A stretch of 64,000 nt of DNA from the NCBI GenBank assembly GCA_036172245.1, contig JAYWIR010000027.1:558001-622000 (forward strand). Reading direction: 5' to 3'. The notes beneath the pieces were generated by a model. The model was not told the origin of the DNA. It ran no database searches and was given only the letters and a program-made list of their open reading frames with translations. Within the stretch, counting starts at the first letter, position 1, and each line of letters starts with the position of its first letter. The stretch is from Raillietiella orientalis (lineage: Eukaryota). The translations under genes and the position numbers were made by a program. Positions 1 through 13,326 of this stretch are shown piece after piece.

Positions 1-254
1 CTTTTCATTTTCAAAAAATTCGGTAGTCACATATTCATTTAATACATACAAGTGCTGGCCTTCAAAATGCTCAACTGATACGCATGGGGGTGTCCGCAGG
101 ATGTTTTGCAAAGGAGGGGAGGGGGGTGGCAAATCCGACAAAAGAAAGGACAGCTTAGTACACTCCTGTTTTGCAAGAGCAGGGATAAAAACACGGCCGT
201 GCGCCGGTACATCCAGAAGCTACACAAATAACTTTTTTACACATTTATCTATAA

Positions 255-2455
255 CTATTTACAAACATACATCATTGATGCCATAATATAATATTTGGCT
301 CTTCGAAATCTTGCTTTGGTAATGGCAAGGCGCAGTGGGGACTTTTTCTTGGGTGGTCGATGGTCGCTCTCCTGATGGTGCCTCAACCAGGATGTAACGT
401 GCGGAGCTGCGCCAAAGTCTTTTTCAGATTTTCCTACCAAATTAATAGTCATTAAGTGACTTGCTGTCTCCGTTCGTATGGAATTTATTTTCATATCAAT
501 AACGTTATTCACTGCACTGATTCCTCTTTCAGCTTCGGCGGCATTAGCAGCAGTAACTCTGAAAATAAATTGAATGAATTTTCGAAATTCTTTTGGCTCT
601 GAAAATGCCATTTGGAACCTTTTTACATTCCATATCTCTACTATCAACAAAATCCCGAAACTCTTTCAGTGAAACGTTGCGTTTTAGAATTCTCTTCAGC
701 TGCCTCGGTCGATCTTCTCCTTCGATCCATGGCGCTTCACAAACATCACCCGACCAAGTTTCAGGACTTGAGGAATTTCGGATAATCCAAAATGAGGTAA
801 TCCATTGCATTTTTCATTCCTGTCGTCGAATAGCACACGCATTTCCATAAGTTGTACTTTACAATCGAAAGATTCATCCCTCGCAAATTCAACGGATCTC
901 TTGGTTCTATTAACTTGAAATGGAATATTGTGCTTTTTCGTTTCTATAATGATATCTTTTGCTCCTTTTTCATGATTTCCTCTATCTGATTCTAGATGTT
1001 TGATTCCATTTGTTCTTCAGCAAATGGATCTGTCTGCTCTGATAGCTGGAATATTTCCTTCCGGCAAGGCCGTGGAAAATATCGAAATTTCTTCGGGAAT
1101 GTCATTTATCAAGGCTAAATGTCTTTGAAGAGTTTTCGTTTTCGAAATAAGAAATTTATTTCCACTTTATGGTTTTGATTGAAGTGAATATCCAAAGCCC
1201 GATGTGATTTCCAAACTGCTTTTGCGGCCCCGGCAACGCAGACTGCTGCCCAACGATCCCTGAATATTCTTCCCATTCCCAGTACTTCATTCCCAAGCTC
1301 CTTGGAAACTTTTAATTTATTCCTCTCTGATGTCCATTTGACGTTGTGAAAACGAACACGCAATTTATCGAGAAAATGCCTAAAGTGGTTCAAACGTCCT
1401 CGGGTTACATCTTTGATTGTCTGCAGGCAACTGAATGAGACGAGCTGGACCGTGCCCAAGTGCAAGCACCAGGAAATTTTCCTTGGACTTTCGCCGGAAT
1501 CCCATGACTCTCCCCCTCGCATCCCACTGGCGCCGTCTGCGCAAGCTCCCACGAGATTTCCTTGCGGGCACTTTTCTCCAAAGCCATCTTTTACGGAGAG
1601 ATGGGCATTTTCGAAACGATCCCTGACGCCGTCCCTTCGAATTCAACGAGATCAATGAAAACCGCAGCATCATCTTCAAAACGCAAAATTTCCGATTTCA
1701 AATAAACTATTGAAACGCTGTCATGTAAAAGAGTTGAGGCTCCGTCGATTGCTCCTAACTGAGATTTTGCAGCCTCCAGTCATCAATTTTCCAAAAATCT
1801 CTTTTCTCCTTTCTGCTGAGATGTGCTTCGCGCCGAATGGAACCAAAAAATCTCCAATGTAATGGAACTCCCAAACCTACATTATTCTTTCCTCGTACAG
1901 TTTCCAAAACCACGACATGATGAATTTTCAATAATGAAGCACACAGTATTAAAAACATGTACGGTACGATGTAAATACCATGAGCCGAATCAGTTATTTT
2001 TGAAATAGCATTCTGCTCCGCCGCCGTTTCGATCACATCCCCTACTCTCTTGTCTGATGCTGATGAATCATCGTGTTCTTTCCGTTTTGTTTTCTGATTG
2101 ATGATTTTTGTTTGTTTGACCCGCGAACTTTGACCGAACATGATCCACACTCTACAGAAATGTGTAAATGTGCAGCACTTTCAACATGGCACGATGCCAC
2201 TTTTGAGCACCATCGACATTCCACATATTCACCATTAGGGGTAAGAAGCCACTCGTAATTGCTTTTGAAATCATTTACTTGTAACAAAAAAAAAAAAAAA
2301 AAAAACCCTCATTCTCAACTGATTTTTGTGTAGCATCCCAACATGTCCCAGATTGTTCCAGTTCTTGTCGAGTTTTCAAAGTGCCGTTATTCTCTCTGGA
2401 TTCTTCTCTTCCTTCCTCAAACCCCGGCAAATTTCTTAGGTTGCTGTTCACCATG
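255..2455 (-). mobile_element. Decayed hAT-superfamily transposase (KIAA1586/ZNF862-like), multiple frameshifts
   Basis: Motifs occur in order across broken minus-strand frames. N-terminal CW...Y-WL...ECRWC zinc finger-like region (2042-2340), GACADGASGMRG (DGA motif), degenerate HCxxH region (WCLHL), GRIFRDRWAA, and the C-terminal dimerization motif AEAERGISAVNNV (255-650). A possible terminus CAGTGCTGG (reverse complement) ends at 2852. Confidence 0.8.
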
Positions 2456-2869
2456 GCTATTGCTTACTTTTTGTCCAAGGGACGCTGTCTCCTCATCCTG
2501 AGGGAAACAATTAATCAATGAACACATTTTAGAAATTAATTATTATTAAAGTTCATTTTAAAATAGTGCACTCACGTGAAAGATGAACGTATTTATATTC
2601 AGATGCATCAGTCCCAGCGAAGCGTTGCAGGGGACGCTGTAACTCCCACTCACGCCAAGACTGATGATAAATGTTATGTTAAAAAGAAAGACCAGTAGAA
2701 TATTTGTAAACAAAAAAATCCATGGATATCCTTCTGCTTCATTCAATTTTATTTATTCACTTATTAGACTAAAGTCATCACGATAGAATGAAATAACGTC
2801 TTTAACAACGTGTACGGCCGTACCGGTGCGTGCGGGCTGAACACCAGCACTGCTTATAATGTATATAAG

Positions 2870-4860
2870 TATGCGTCAATGTACACAACGAAAATGTACG
2901 AGATTTTCATCCTAATAAATGCAAGCAAACGCTGCCTTTTGATTACTGCTTCAGAGAATTCGGTTTGGCATTTGCACTCGCAATTCACAACCACCATCAA
3001 AGGCACCCAAAACAGCTGCAGATGAACCCAACAAAATAACTGAGCACAGCACGTGAACTTGAATGTGATCTCATCACAGGCCATCATCATGATACAGCAA
3101 CTCCAAAGAGCTCGCACCTTAGATATTCGTGCAGAAATGAAGTATGGGGACTCATTATGACTCCAAATCCACGCGTGGGATCTCCGGCCATCTGTTCCAA
3201 TTCAAGATGAAAAGCCAGTTGCAAAGACCAATGTACTCAGATATGACTCCGCAGCTGCTCTCTTTAGGTTTTGCTAAATCTAACAAGTCTACCTAGCATC
3301 AAATTTCTTCTACCACAGATGAGTCGCCAGAATTCAAAGGCTTCCCGCAAAGATGAGATGGTGAGGCATATTTTTTTGTGCTGCTGAAGGTCAAAGAAAC
3401 ACACATCAGGTGCTTGTACGTCTTTCAAGGTTTGCCAACCTATCCTTGTCCTGTTATTTGCCATACTGTGGATTCGGCGCATCGTCTGTTATATGCCTGC
3501 ATTTGAGAAGAATCCACACATCACAGATGGATCTTATGCACGTTTGCGTCATTAGATGTGCAGTTGACTGCTATCTCGTAAAAGGCATACCTCTCCCGGA
3601 TTACCCATTGGAAACATATTCGGACTCAAGTAGTCTTCTGAAACGTCCCTAACATTTCTCAGGGCATCAGAAATTGTTCTACATCACTCAGGTACAACCA
3701 GGCAAACACCCAAGTGTTTGCCTGGTGAGGATGAGATTTGTGGAGGATGTGATTCTTCTTTAGCTGAGATGACCTGAGTGCACTCGTTCCTTAGTAACCA
3801 ACTGTAGCAGCAACTTCATTTTCAATCCATTGTACGAAAGAGCTTGGCTCATCTTGAAAAGCGATTGACATGTCTCAAAATTGAGCTTCTAACTCCACCA
3901 TAACACAAGCAATTGAATTGCAATACATATGCGTATGCATGTAAATATACATTTCCATTGATGTACTAGAAGTGAACTGAGTCATCCATGGAGTAGCACT
4001 AATAATTTGTGTACTGCTTGCAAGTCAACCAATACAGCAACTGCATCCAAATAATTCAGCAGATGCCGACAACGTTCAATCATCAATATCAGCATTTTTC
4101 ATGCTGAAATATCACATATCCAATAATGGCTACATGTTAATTACATGATAAATGCTCCCAAAAATGCATTTATCGCAAACTGGGTAAGATCTATTGATAT
4201 ATGTAGAATTTGGGAACTATGGGAATCCACATATTTCTGAATGTTGCCACTTTGGACACCTTAGGGCTGAAGATCTATGGGCAAACAAACAGCCTTTATG
4301 GGAAACAAACGGTATAAGTATGTCCAGTTCTTGTTGGATAAAACGTGTGTGAAAACCTGCATGTGGGGACCATGTGTATTAATTCCAAACTTCAGCTCTG
4401 TTTGCTACTGTTTCATTTCTTAACTGCAACCAAGTCGTTCCGTGCTCTAGAGAACCTGGAAGTCAGTCACATCAATTCAACAACCTGCATTATTGCATTT
4501 TTCTGGAGGAAATCTCAATAAAAGATGCCCCGACGTATCCGGGTGATAAAACTCAGGGCCGAGCATTCCCGGCCTTGGTCGTCGAGTAGGATAGCCGCTC
4601 CAGAATGCCAGACCTGGCGCTCGGCCCTCGCCTTGTCCTCTGCCAGGCGCCGGACTTTCGCGCGTCTCGAAAAGGTGAGTGCCTGCAAACATTCCCTGCT
4701 GTTGGCCACGCGTTCCCCGAAGACACGCGGAAGGAGTTGCACGGGAAAACGGCCGCAACACTCGCGAACCGATGTTTTTAGATCGTCCCAGTCCGCGAGC
4801 ACGAACGGACGTGCGTCTCCTTCGCACGCGCACCGGTTGGAGTTTTTCTTTTTCCCGGTG
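2870..4860 (-). mobile_element. Highly degenerate L1/Tx1-like LINE ORF2 remnant
   Basis: Linker-like WDDLKTSVRE (4515-4802) is followed by KFGINTHGPH...NKNWTY (~4320-4400), resembling the RT domain 1 GII-LIPK...NWRPI pattern. No intact frame. Confidence 0.35.
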
Positions 4861-4949
4861 TGCGAGTGGATTCGTGGTGGCTAGGCAGCAATGCCTGAGA
4901 CCACCACCAGCGGAGCTCAGTGGCAGACGTGTACGTTGCTCCCAGAGGT

Positions 4950-6280
4950 GATGGAGCTGGGGGCAACCGCCCCCACAGTATCGTCCCCCGCGACAGCGAC
5001 GGCTTGAAGTTTCGTGGCTGCTGCGCAAACGCCTGCGGCCGCGGCAGAAATGAAGGCCCACCTCGAAGGGAAGTACAGCCCACCCCTGTTATACAAGGTA
5101 GGAAACCCCCTCTACTCTCCTGAGAGCGCGCGAGCTTTCTCGAAAGCGCTGCATTTGCTCAACGTGCCGCAGGAGGAGCTGGCTGGGACGACCATCAGGA
5201 GCGGCGGGCAGTACGTGGAGGTGATTTGCAGGTGAGCAAGTCTCGCCCGGCGTCTGCTCCGCACCCATGCTCCCGTGGGAAATCACCGGCTTCTCTTCAT
5301 TACGGAATACAGGTCCATCGCTTTTCACCTCCTCGGAATTACTTTTAGGATGGCCGGAGAGGCTGTCCGAAAAGAACTCGGAAAGTTCGCCACGGTCCAC
5401 GCCTCGTGGAGGAAGCCGTCTCCTTTTTCGGAGCACGACTTGCTCCCAGGCGGTCTCGCTGCCTCCCGGATCCGCGAGGGATGCGGGGTGTCCCAGCAAC
5501 TGCAAGTGGTCGGTGGAACCGTGGACCTGTGGCACGTGGGGAAACCCAAGTACTGCGGGCATTGCAGCTCGGATGTGTACACCTTAAGAAGAGATGTCCC
5601 AACCTGCGGTGTCAACTTTGCCAGACTGTGGGATATATCCGTCGAATATGCCTCGAAAGTATTCTCCGCGTCGTGTCTTCGACGAATCGGCGGAAGAGGG
5701 ACGCGAAAGAAAGGAGAAAATTATCGACGAGAGCCGCTGCTAAGGATGCGATCCCCGCTCCCAAGCCCAAGGCCGCATTCTACACCCCATTGGAAAATGC
5801 CGGTAGAGTCGAGGAAAACGGACAAGAAGTTGGCTAGACGGTGGCCCAGACCAAGAAGTTCAAAAAAAAGTACAAACAAATTAAAAAAGAAATCGCGAAA
5901 GGCAGCGAAAATTCGCGCGTCGTGATCAAACAAAAGGCTGCTCTGTCGTTATCGAACGCATTTCCTGCGGTCGAACAGTGCGGCAAAGATGAACTGGTCG
6001 CTGCCGATTCCCAGCCCTCCGGCAATGTCAACTCGAAGGCTAACGACCCGGCGGTGGCGTCTGTTGTCGAGCCCATGCTCGATGACGTCGCTTTTGAACG
6101 CGCGGCCCACGAGCTCGCTGCCTCTCTGCAGCGATCTTTCATGGTCGAGGAAAAAGTCCCGAGGCGTCCGGCTCGCATTAAGGGATCGGAAATTTCCGAA
6201 TCCAACGCGGAGGCGGAAAACAGCCTCCGGCATCGCGGCACCCCGCCAGAACCCTGGATGCTTGACGAAGGCTCAAAGGA
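4950..6280 (+). mobile_element. L1/Tx1-type ORF1 (gag-like; RRM-like region plus two CCHC knuckles), broken
   Basis: WHVGKPKYCGHCSS..HLKKRC and CQLCQTVGYIRRIC appear across a frameshift near 5580. There is a stop at 5233 and a basic/low-complexity tail. Confidence 0.6.
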
Positions 6281-6289
6281 AGATCATCT

Positions 6290-9200
6290 CCGTCGAAGCT
6301 ATCCAGCCTCTCCTCCAACCACCGCCTGTCGTACTACCCCTCCAATTACGAACCTCCCACTACCACCAATTGCTAACGATGATGTGGCTCTTACACCTGA
6401 CAAGGTCCTTTTGGTTCGATTTCCCGCATCTCGCACCCTATGCTGCATACTGCCATATTGTCCCTGGAGAACACAAACTCTTGATGCAAGCAACACACTT
6501 CGGTCTCTTAAACGTCACTTGACGACACCACACAAGCTTCCTTTCCACAAGCACAGGTTACTCTGTAGGAAATGCACTCCGATGTCTCCTATCCTACTCA
6601 ACATCACCCATGCTTCAAACACTTCGCTCGCCCTCAACCCCCCACGGTTCCCCTTTCTTATCAATGTAACATTCCTAACTGTATGGCCACTTTTCCTTCT
6701 ATGCGTGGATTACACAATCACATGCGATGGCATATACGCCTCCAAAATCAAAGCAACAAACTTCTATCCCCATTCCGCACTTCTCTCCCGATACCCACGT
6801 TTAACCGTTTTGATGCGATAGCTACACCCGAACCCCCACCCACCCACACCACCTGTAGCCATAGAAACAGCGCATCCTTCCTTACAACAGCCTGTACGCC
6901 AACAGGATCAGTATCTTTTATCAAAGTTCCATCAAATTCATCTTCCTCCGAAGCCTTACAACAGCGAGCACAACCAATACATCCAACTCCCTTATACCCC
7001 TTGCACTCAACCAGCGAACGTGCACCCTATGTCTCCGCAGCACAACACGTTCTGCCACACACCCAACATATACTACACACGAGCACACTCCGTCCTTAGT
7101 TCTTACACTCCGATCCTCACAACCCTTCTTACACAATCGGCGTATAATGACACTTGGCAACGTACCCTTGACACCCTCAACGAAATTATGAATACCATAA
7201 CTTCGACATCCCACATACGCCGATTTTACCCTTCCACAAGGCCTACATCCTCTTCCAATGCCTTTCGCCTTACTTCATCGGAACTACTTCAATTCCTGTA
7301 TCGGCGAAACCGAAAACGAGCCATTCGCACTCTTCTTCACCCGAATCCCATTCAATTTAACGGATCCATGGTTCAAACTATTTTTAGTGAAATGTTCTCA
7401 GCAAAGATGATGAACGCGGACATACTCAAGGAAAGCCCTTTAACTCTGGCTTCATCGGAAGTGAATTGGGCAGAGATCACCCCTGAAGAAGTTCCGTTGA
7501 CGTTGAGGAACTCCCAAGACACTGCCCCAGGAAATGACGGGATCCAGTAGTCCATCCTGCGGAAAGCAGACCCAGACGGATCTTGTCTTGCAGCTCTATA
7601 CAATTCATGTGTCCGTCACTTGCGTATCCCCAGCGGCTGCAAAACATCACTCACAGTCCTAATCCCTAAATCTGGAGCATCTGATCCGGCAGATGTCACG
7701 CAGTTTCGCCCCATCGCAATCTCCAATACCGTTGGCAAACTATTCTGCAAAATCCTTGAGAAAAGAATGCGCTCGTGGATCCTCAACAACGGAATCCTTG
7801 GACACCATCAAAAGGGATTTCTTCCTTATGATGACGTGCTGGAGCAAAACTTTGTGCTGACCACTGCACTCGAGCGCTCCCGAGTGCACCACCAAGACAT
7901 CACCATTGCATGGATAGACTTTAAAGAAGCGTTTACGTCCATCCCCCATCAGCTCATTCTAGACACGTTGACCGTGCTAGGGGCCGGTAGTCAGTTCCAT
8001 GGAATCATTGCGGAAATGTACTCGGAATGTACCACAACGATAGTGGCTTCCGGCGGACTTACGATCCCAATACCGATTCATTCCGCAGTGCGCCAAGGAT
8101 GTCCCCTAAGTGGGCTGTTATTTAACATCGCTCTAGAACCCTTTATCCGAATCCTGAAACACCAACACACCTCTATTATTCCGCTTGCTTATGCAGACGA
8201 TGTTGCGCTTATTGCTAGCTCGATAAATGAGCTACAAATGGCCGTCACCACACTGACAGATTCAACCCGAGCTGCAAATTTGCAAATAAATCCAAATAAG
8301 TGCGGCTCCTATCACTACGTAGCTTCCCCGCCAAATTCTCCAATATCGGTGAACAGTGCGATAATTCCGTTCCTTTCCCTACAAGGTACTTATAATTACC
8401 CAGGGAAACCGATTGGCTTCGATCCACTCATGTACGACGGAAACGTGGATACCTTCATTGCCCATTTCAAAATCATTGCTGACTCTTCCTTAGCCCCATG
8501 GCAGAAACTGGACGCCATCAAATACTTTTTCTTGCCATCATTAGTACATGACCTTCGTCTTGGCACGAAGCCATTATCGTCATGGGCCAAGAGTGATAAA
8601 ATAATAAGGAATACGCTTAAGCAAAGCATTCTCCCGCTTACCCAAGGATCATCAAACGAATACCTTACGGAAGTGTTAGTGATGGATGCCTCGGGATGAA
8701 TCTTCTTGTCGAAGAAGCACCAACAAGGATCGCTGACTCTGCGTTCAAGCTACTAACATGTCCGGATTCCCGTGTGACTGATCTCGCCTTCTCCTCCCTT
8801 TCCGACGCCGCCATGTGCCGCCAAACCTAGTTCTATTTACTCGGTTCCTCAATGGATGCTGTTCGTCCCCCTTAGACCGCCCAAGTGGTGATCCCCCCGC
8901 ACAATGTGGTTCACATTGCGGGAAGCAACGAAGCAGCTTCCCATAACGTGGAACTTTGATGACAATTATGTGACGCTCTCTTTATCCTTCTCCGAACATG
9001 AAAACCCCAAAATTCTCTCCTTTCCGCAGCGGCGACAAGTGGCACGAACGATATGTGCTCACTTTCGAGAGCAAAGCACTTCTAGCCAAGCCAGACCAAG
9101 GTGGGATAATAGAATGAGTAGCCCTCCACGGAGCCTCCATGTCATTCCTGTCTGCATGTTATGGATTCCGCTTCGCAGACTGGCGTTTTATACACCGTGC

Positions 9201-10141
9201 TCGTTTGAACCACTTATTTCTCAATGGAAATGGGAAAACGCTAGTGAAATTGAGCACTGCCGAAGATGTGGTTATGTAAAAGAAACATTGGAGCATGCCC
9301 AGTGTCGCTGTCCAATTCATCTTGGGACAATGATCACCCAACGACATAACGCTGTTGTCGACACCCTGTTCAACATCCTCTCCCCTCGATGGCCCATTGC
9401 CCAAAAGGATCGCCGAGTGGATGTGTTAAACTCCACTCTTCGCCCCGACATATTTTTACAAAATGCGTCCACAGCTGTAATCATTGACGTTGTCATCTCC
9501 TTTGAAATATCATCGCTACAGCGTGCAAGAGAAACCAAAATCCTGAAGTACGCAGAGAGCGAGACCGCCCTCAAGAATCAAGGCTTGCGCACCATCAACC
9601 AAGCATTTGTAATTGGTGCGCTCGGCTCATGGGATCCCGAATATGATAAACTCCTAAAATTGCTCTCAATCCCTCAAAGAACAGTTACCGCGATCTCTAG
9701 GCATCTATGTACGGAAATTATAAAATTTTACATCATTCTACAAAAGGACATATACATCAACTAAATCTCCACGACCAACCCTTCTGCTCATCCAGCAGAA
9801 AACCTCGAAGGAAATCTTCGCCATGAGAATATGTACCAAACACACGGTGCCCTATATCCCAAATAAAAACAGCAGTCCTCCCTCATCACAGTGTAGGTCC
9901 GCCAGCAGATGACATCCTTTGGAACGGCTCTTCCGCACTTCCAATAGCAGAAGCTATTCAGGTGCTAAGGACCATCTAAGTGCTATTTTAATACACTAAC
10001 CCTCTTTCAATGTTCCTTCCTTTCAACAGCTGTGTATCCAAAGACAATTGAAACCTCTGTGAAATTGAACTTTACAAACATATTGTGAAACTAACCTTTA
10101 TATAAGGTACAAATGTAACAAGAATGTCGTAATAAACAAAA
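6290..10141 (+). mobile_element. RLE-type non-LTR retrotransposon (NeSL/Utopia-like), pseudogenised
   Basis: N-terminal C2H2 fingers (CILPYC...LKRHLTTPH; CNIPNC...LHNHMRWH). RT motifs APGNDGI, FRPIAISN, QKGF, WIDFKEAF, VRQGCPLSGLLFN, LAYADD, LAPWQKL. Knuckle CRRCGYVKETLEHAQCRC, then RHN, RPDI, IIDV, KILKY, GALGSW. In-frame TAG at 7548 plus frameshifts. Ends AATAAACAAAA at ~10141. Confidence 0.9.
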
Positions 10142-10298
10142 CCTCAGCACCAACTCAAACAAGATGCTGAAGAGCAAAGGGCTTAACCTGTCGCCCTGCC
10201 TGATGCTTCGCCGCACCGGCATGGCGTACACGTGGCAACCGCTGAAAGAGATGAAGGTGAGCGTCTGGCGCCAGCATGCGTGCAAATAGGTCCCGAGG
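10142..10298 (-). mobile_element. Short LINE reverse transcriptase fragment
   Basis: VRRSIRQGDRLSPLLFSILFE matches the RT domain 4 QGxPLSP motif. Confidence 0.6.
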
Positions 10299-11440
10299 TT
10301 TTTCACCCGGGTGAGCCGGGGCTTTTATTATTAAAATTTTTACAATAAAAATTTCATAATAAAGTCTTTTTCTTGTGGTATTATCACTTTCGTTTTAGTA
10401 AAGTTTTTCTTTTTTTTTTTTGCATTGATTTGTTTTTCAGTCGGAACACATGATTCGACTGTCTTGAGCCACTTGTCCTTACCGGCCCGCAGGCCGGTAA
10501 GGTCCTCCACACTGGCGCAGGGGCGGGAAAAACAAAAATAAAACAAAAAAAGAAAAACGCCCTGGGGACAATGTTTTTTGGAAGGGGAGGAAAGGGAAGG
10601 GATCACGGTACGCCGTGAGGAGGCCTCTGCATCCGGTTTTGGATGCGAACAATTGCCGGCAAATGTTTCTTGAGTCGGCGCCAACGGCAGGCCTTCTCCA
10701 AGGAGATGGCTGCCCAGTGGATGGCTTTCCGACTGCTGCGATCTCTCCTTGATGCGGTCCACTTATCCAGGATTCCGCGTATGCAACAGAGCACTGCTAC
10801 ACACCCGACGGCTGGCATGGCGTCCCGCATCAGGAGGCGTCGAAAAATGTTTTCGGGGTCGCCCCCCGGAATGTTCAGAATCGACGAGAGTCGATCCCAC
10901 ATATGATGGAGGGCAACACACTCGATGATTAAGTGAGGGAAGGTCTCTCTTTCCCCGCACTCTCCACAATTGGCATCCACACTCCCCGATGTCCAGTGAG
11001 ACAGGCGTGCTCTGCTTAAAAGTCCCCAATGGAGCAGAAGCAACGCCGTCTCTTGCCACTTCATGGGTAGGGTGCCAATGTACCAACGCGTTGGGGGTCA
11101 TTTCACCTCCTCTGGAGGTATTCCGAGCAGCTCGCCCCAGCGCACAAGTCCATTCGGCGGGACACTCGGGGTTGTAGCGTCCGCTAGTTCCCGGGACGTC
11201 CACGCCTTCATAAGTTTTTTCCTGCCTCCGATGAGGCAGGACACTTCCCACGATGCCTCCTCTTGGCTGTCCCTGGCTTCGCTGAGGGAGGGCAGAACGG
11301 GGGCAAGGGGGGTGAATGAAGCCCACAGGACAAACAACAACAGTAGCCAACCGGCAAAGTGGGAGTTCTCCTGCAGCATTGCAGGAGTCGAAAGACCGCT
11401 GAGCGGCTGCAAAACGAGCGTGGAGGCTGCCACTCCTCGT
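10299..11440 (-). mobile_element. 5'-truncated Tx1/L1-like LINE 3' end (copy A)
   Basis: ORF2 C-terminal zinc motif CGECGERETFPHLIIEC. The 3' UTR has an 11-bp hairpin (10477-10502), AATAAA and a terminal CCCGG-N5-CCGGG hairpin. Confidence 0.75.
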
Positions 11441-12202
11441 CACCGGGCAAAGGGACTCCTCCGATGGAGTGAACTCCTCAGTGTACCCCCCGAAGAACTC
11501 GTGGACCCTTCTCTCTGCGTGGACACCTCGGTGTTCCCGCTTCAATGGAAACAGGATGTTCTGCTATCCCTGCATCCAGGTTTCCAGTGCAGTCATCGCA
11601 GACACCTGGTTTCCGGGGGAGTTGCCTCTCGAAACTGTCGCAGGTGCGGGGCGATGGAATCGCTTCCGCACCTACTTCTGGACTGCAGTGTTTTGCGGGA
11701 GTCATGGCGAAGACTTGCTCCGGAACTTCGTCGTCCCCAGGACACGGCCATCAACCTGCTGCGACACTTCTTCAGCGAAGGCGGACTGAAGAAAGGCGCT
11801 GTGATGGCAACACAATCTGTTGCATCCGCGCCATCGTGACGGCCCTCCGTAAGCTCGAAGGGAGTTCGCAGCGAAAGGATAGCCGCCAACCTTATGAAGG
11901 CAGCTGCAAGATGGCCTAATTTGCTCAGAAAAGTCATCTGGGAAGTCGCCATCGTCAAGCGGCGCTTCTAGAAGAAGAGGAGCATTCTATACCAAAGATC
12001 TCTATCCCCCCCTCCCTTGTTCTTTTTGTTTAGTTTGTGTCCCCTCCCTCCGTTCCCTTCTTTTTGAAGCCGGCCTGCGTGCCGGTGGTTTCTCCCGGTT
12101 GAACTTTGTGTATGGGCGTTTCTTGTAACTTAGGGGGATATATATCCCTTCAAGTTTGTAGTTGGTTCTCTGAGTAAACGTCCCGGCGTGACCGGGTTCA
12201 AA
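11441..12202 (+). mobile_element. 5'-truncated Tx1/L1-like LINE 3' end (copy B)
   Basis: GLLRWSELL...CRRCGAMESLPHLLLDC aligns by eye with copy A. Ends CCCGGCGTGACCGGGTTCAAA. Confidence 0.75.
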
Positions 12203-12499
12203 CCCCTTCCACCTTTGAAAACACAAGAGCGATGCTTGCCGTTCGCATCATAGGCACAGAGAATCCCTCAAAGGAAACTTGCAGTTGCGTCAAGAGCCCA
12301 CTCAATCCATTTCGGAGGCTCGGCTGGACATCACAGAAGAGGACAAGTCAGAATGCGCTGGACCACTGAGAAGCAAGGCAGATAACAAGTTAGGGAACGA
12401 GTTGTATTTTTGCAGCATTGGCTCCATCATTCCCATCGATTCTGAGTCGTCCTAAAGTATTCTTTGAAAAGCAGCAGAAGAAAACCCCAGAATAAGCTC

Positions 12500-13320
12500 C
12501 CATTCTATCCACTCTTGGGCAGAATCTCGTACCAACCATCCTTTGTAAATGGGTTGAATGACCAAAAGTGTTTCCTAGCAGAGAAGAAGAGTAGAAAGGT
12601 CAATGCGGCAGCAGGTTACCTTTGTTACTCTGGATACGAGAATAGCAGGAACGGGGGGGCATTGCAAGCGGGATGAGACGGGCAAGGGATGAAATGGATC
12701 GAAATGGGTATGCTGGTATTACTAATAAGGAAGGAATTACTGGAAAGTATTCAAGGAGGAGAAGGAGGCGAAAGGCCAAGGACATCTCTACGAAACCAGA
12801 AAGCTTCCAAACCAAAAGAACGATGTTCTGAGTCGGAGCAAGACTCGTGGAACGAGCAGGTGAGATTTCTGTTGATCCACGAGATCCATAAGGGTTCAAA
12901 CGCAGATCCATAAGAGAGGTTTCCAGAGAAATATGGGTTCAGTTTCTGGTGGACAGAAAATTCGAAAAGGGCCGGAGGGCTGTGCCGAATGGACGGGGAG
13001 AAGAAGCGTCGCGCACCTCTGCTAGCGAATGCCATCGCGCGCTGTGATCAGACAGAGGCCAGAGATTTTGACAGTGGACACCGGCGGGTAGGCAGAGTCT
13101 TTCCTCGCAAGGTAGAGCCCAAATTGTCCAAAGACACCACTTATCCCGGCAAGGCGGTTCCCGAGGTTTCCTGATTCGCCGCACGCAACCAGCAGAATTG
13201 CTTTTGGGTTGCCCGCAGAAGAACATCCGAATTGGAAACATCGACGGCAATGCGCGGCACTCAGTTGACCTCGCTCCTTGGCTTCGGGCAGTGATGCTTG
13301 GGAATTTTAGCTCCAGAAGC
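12500..13320 (+). mobile_element. Possible degenerate LINE AP-endonuclease region
   Basis: FVNGLNDQK and YSGYENSRNGGA resemble the APE NxxGL and ..GV motifs. Heavily broken. Confidence 0.3.
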
Positions 13321-13326
13321 GGGGGG

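Noticed and set aside
50..2860. Complete hAT element with TIRs at 50-64 and 2838-2852
   Set aside because: The TIR match is only 12/15 and the 8-bp flanks (ATACATAC versus CTTATAAT) do not form a TSD, so the left boundary is unsupported.
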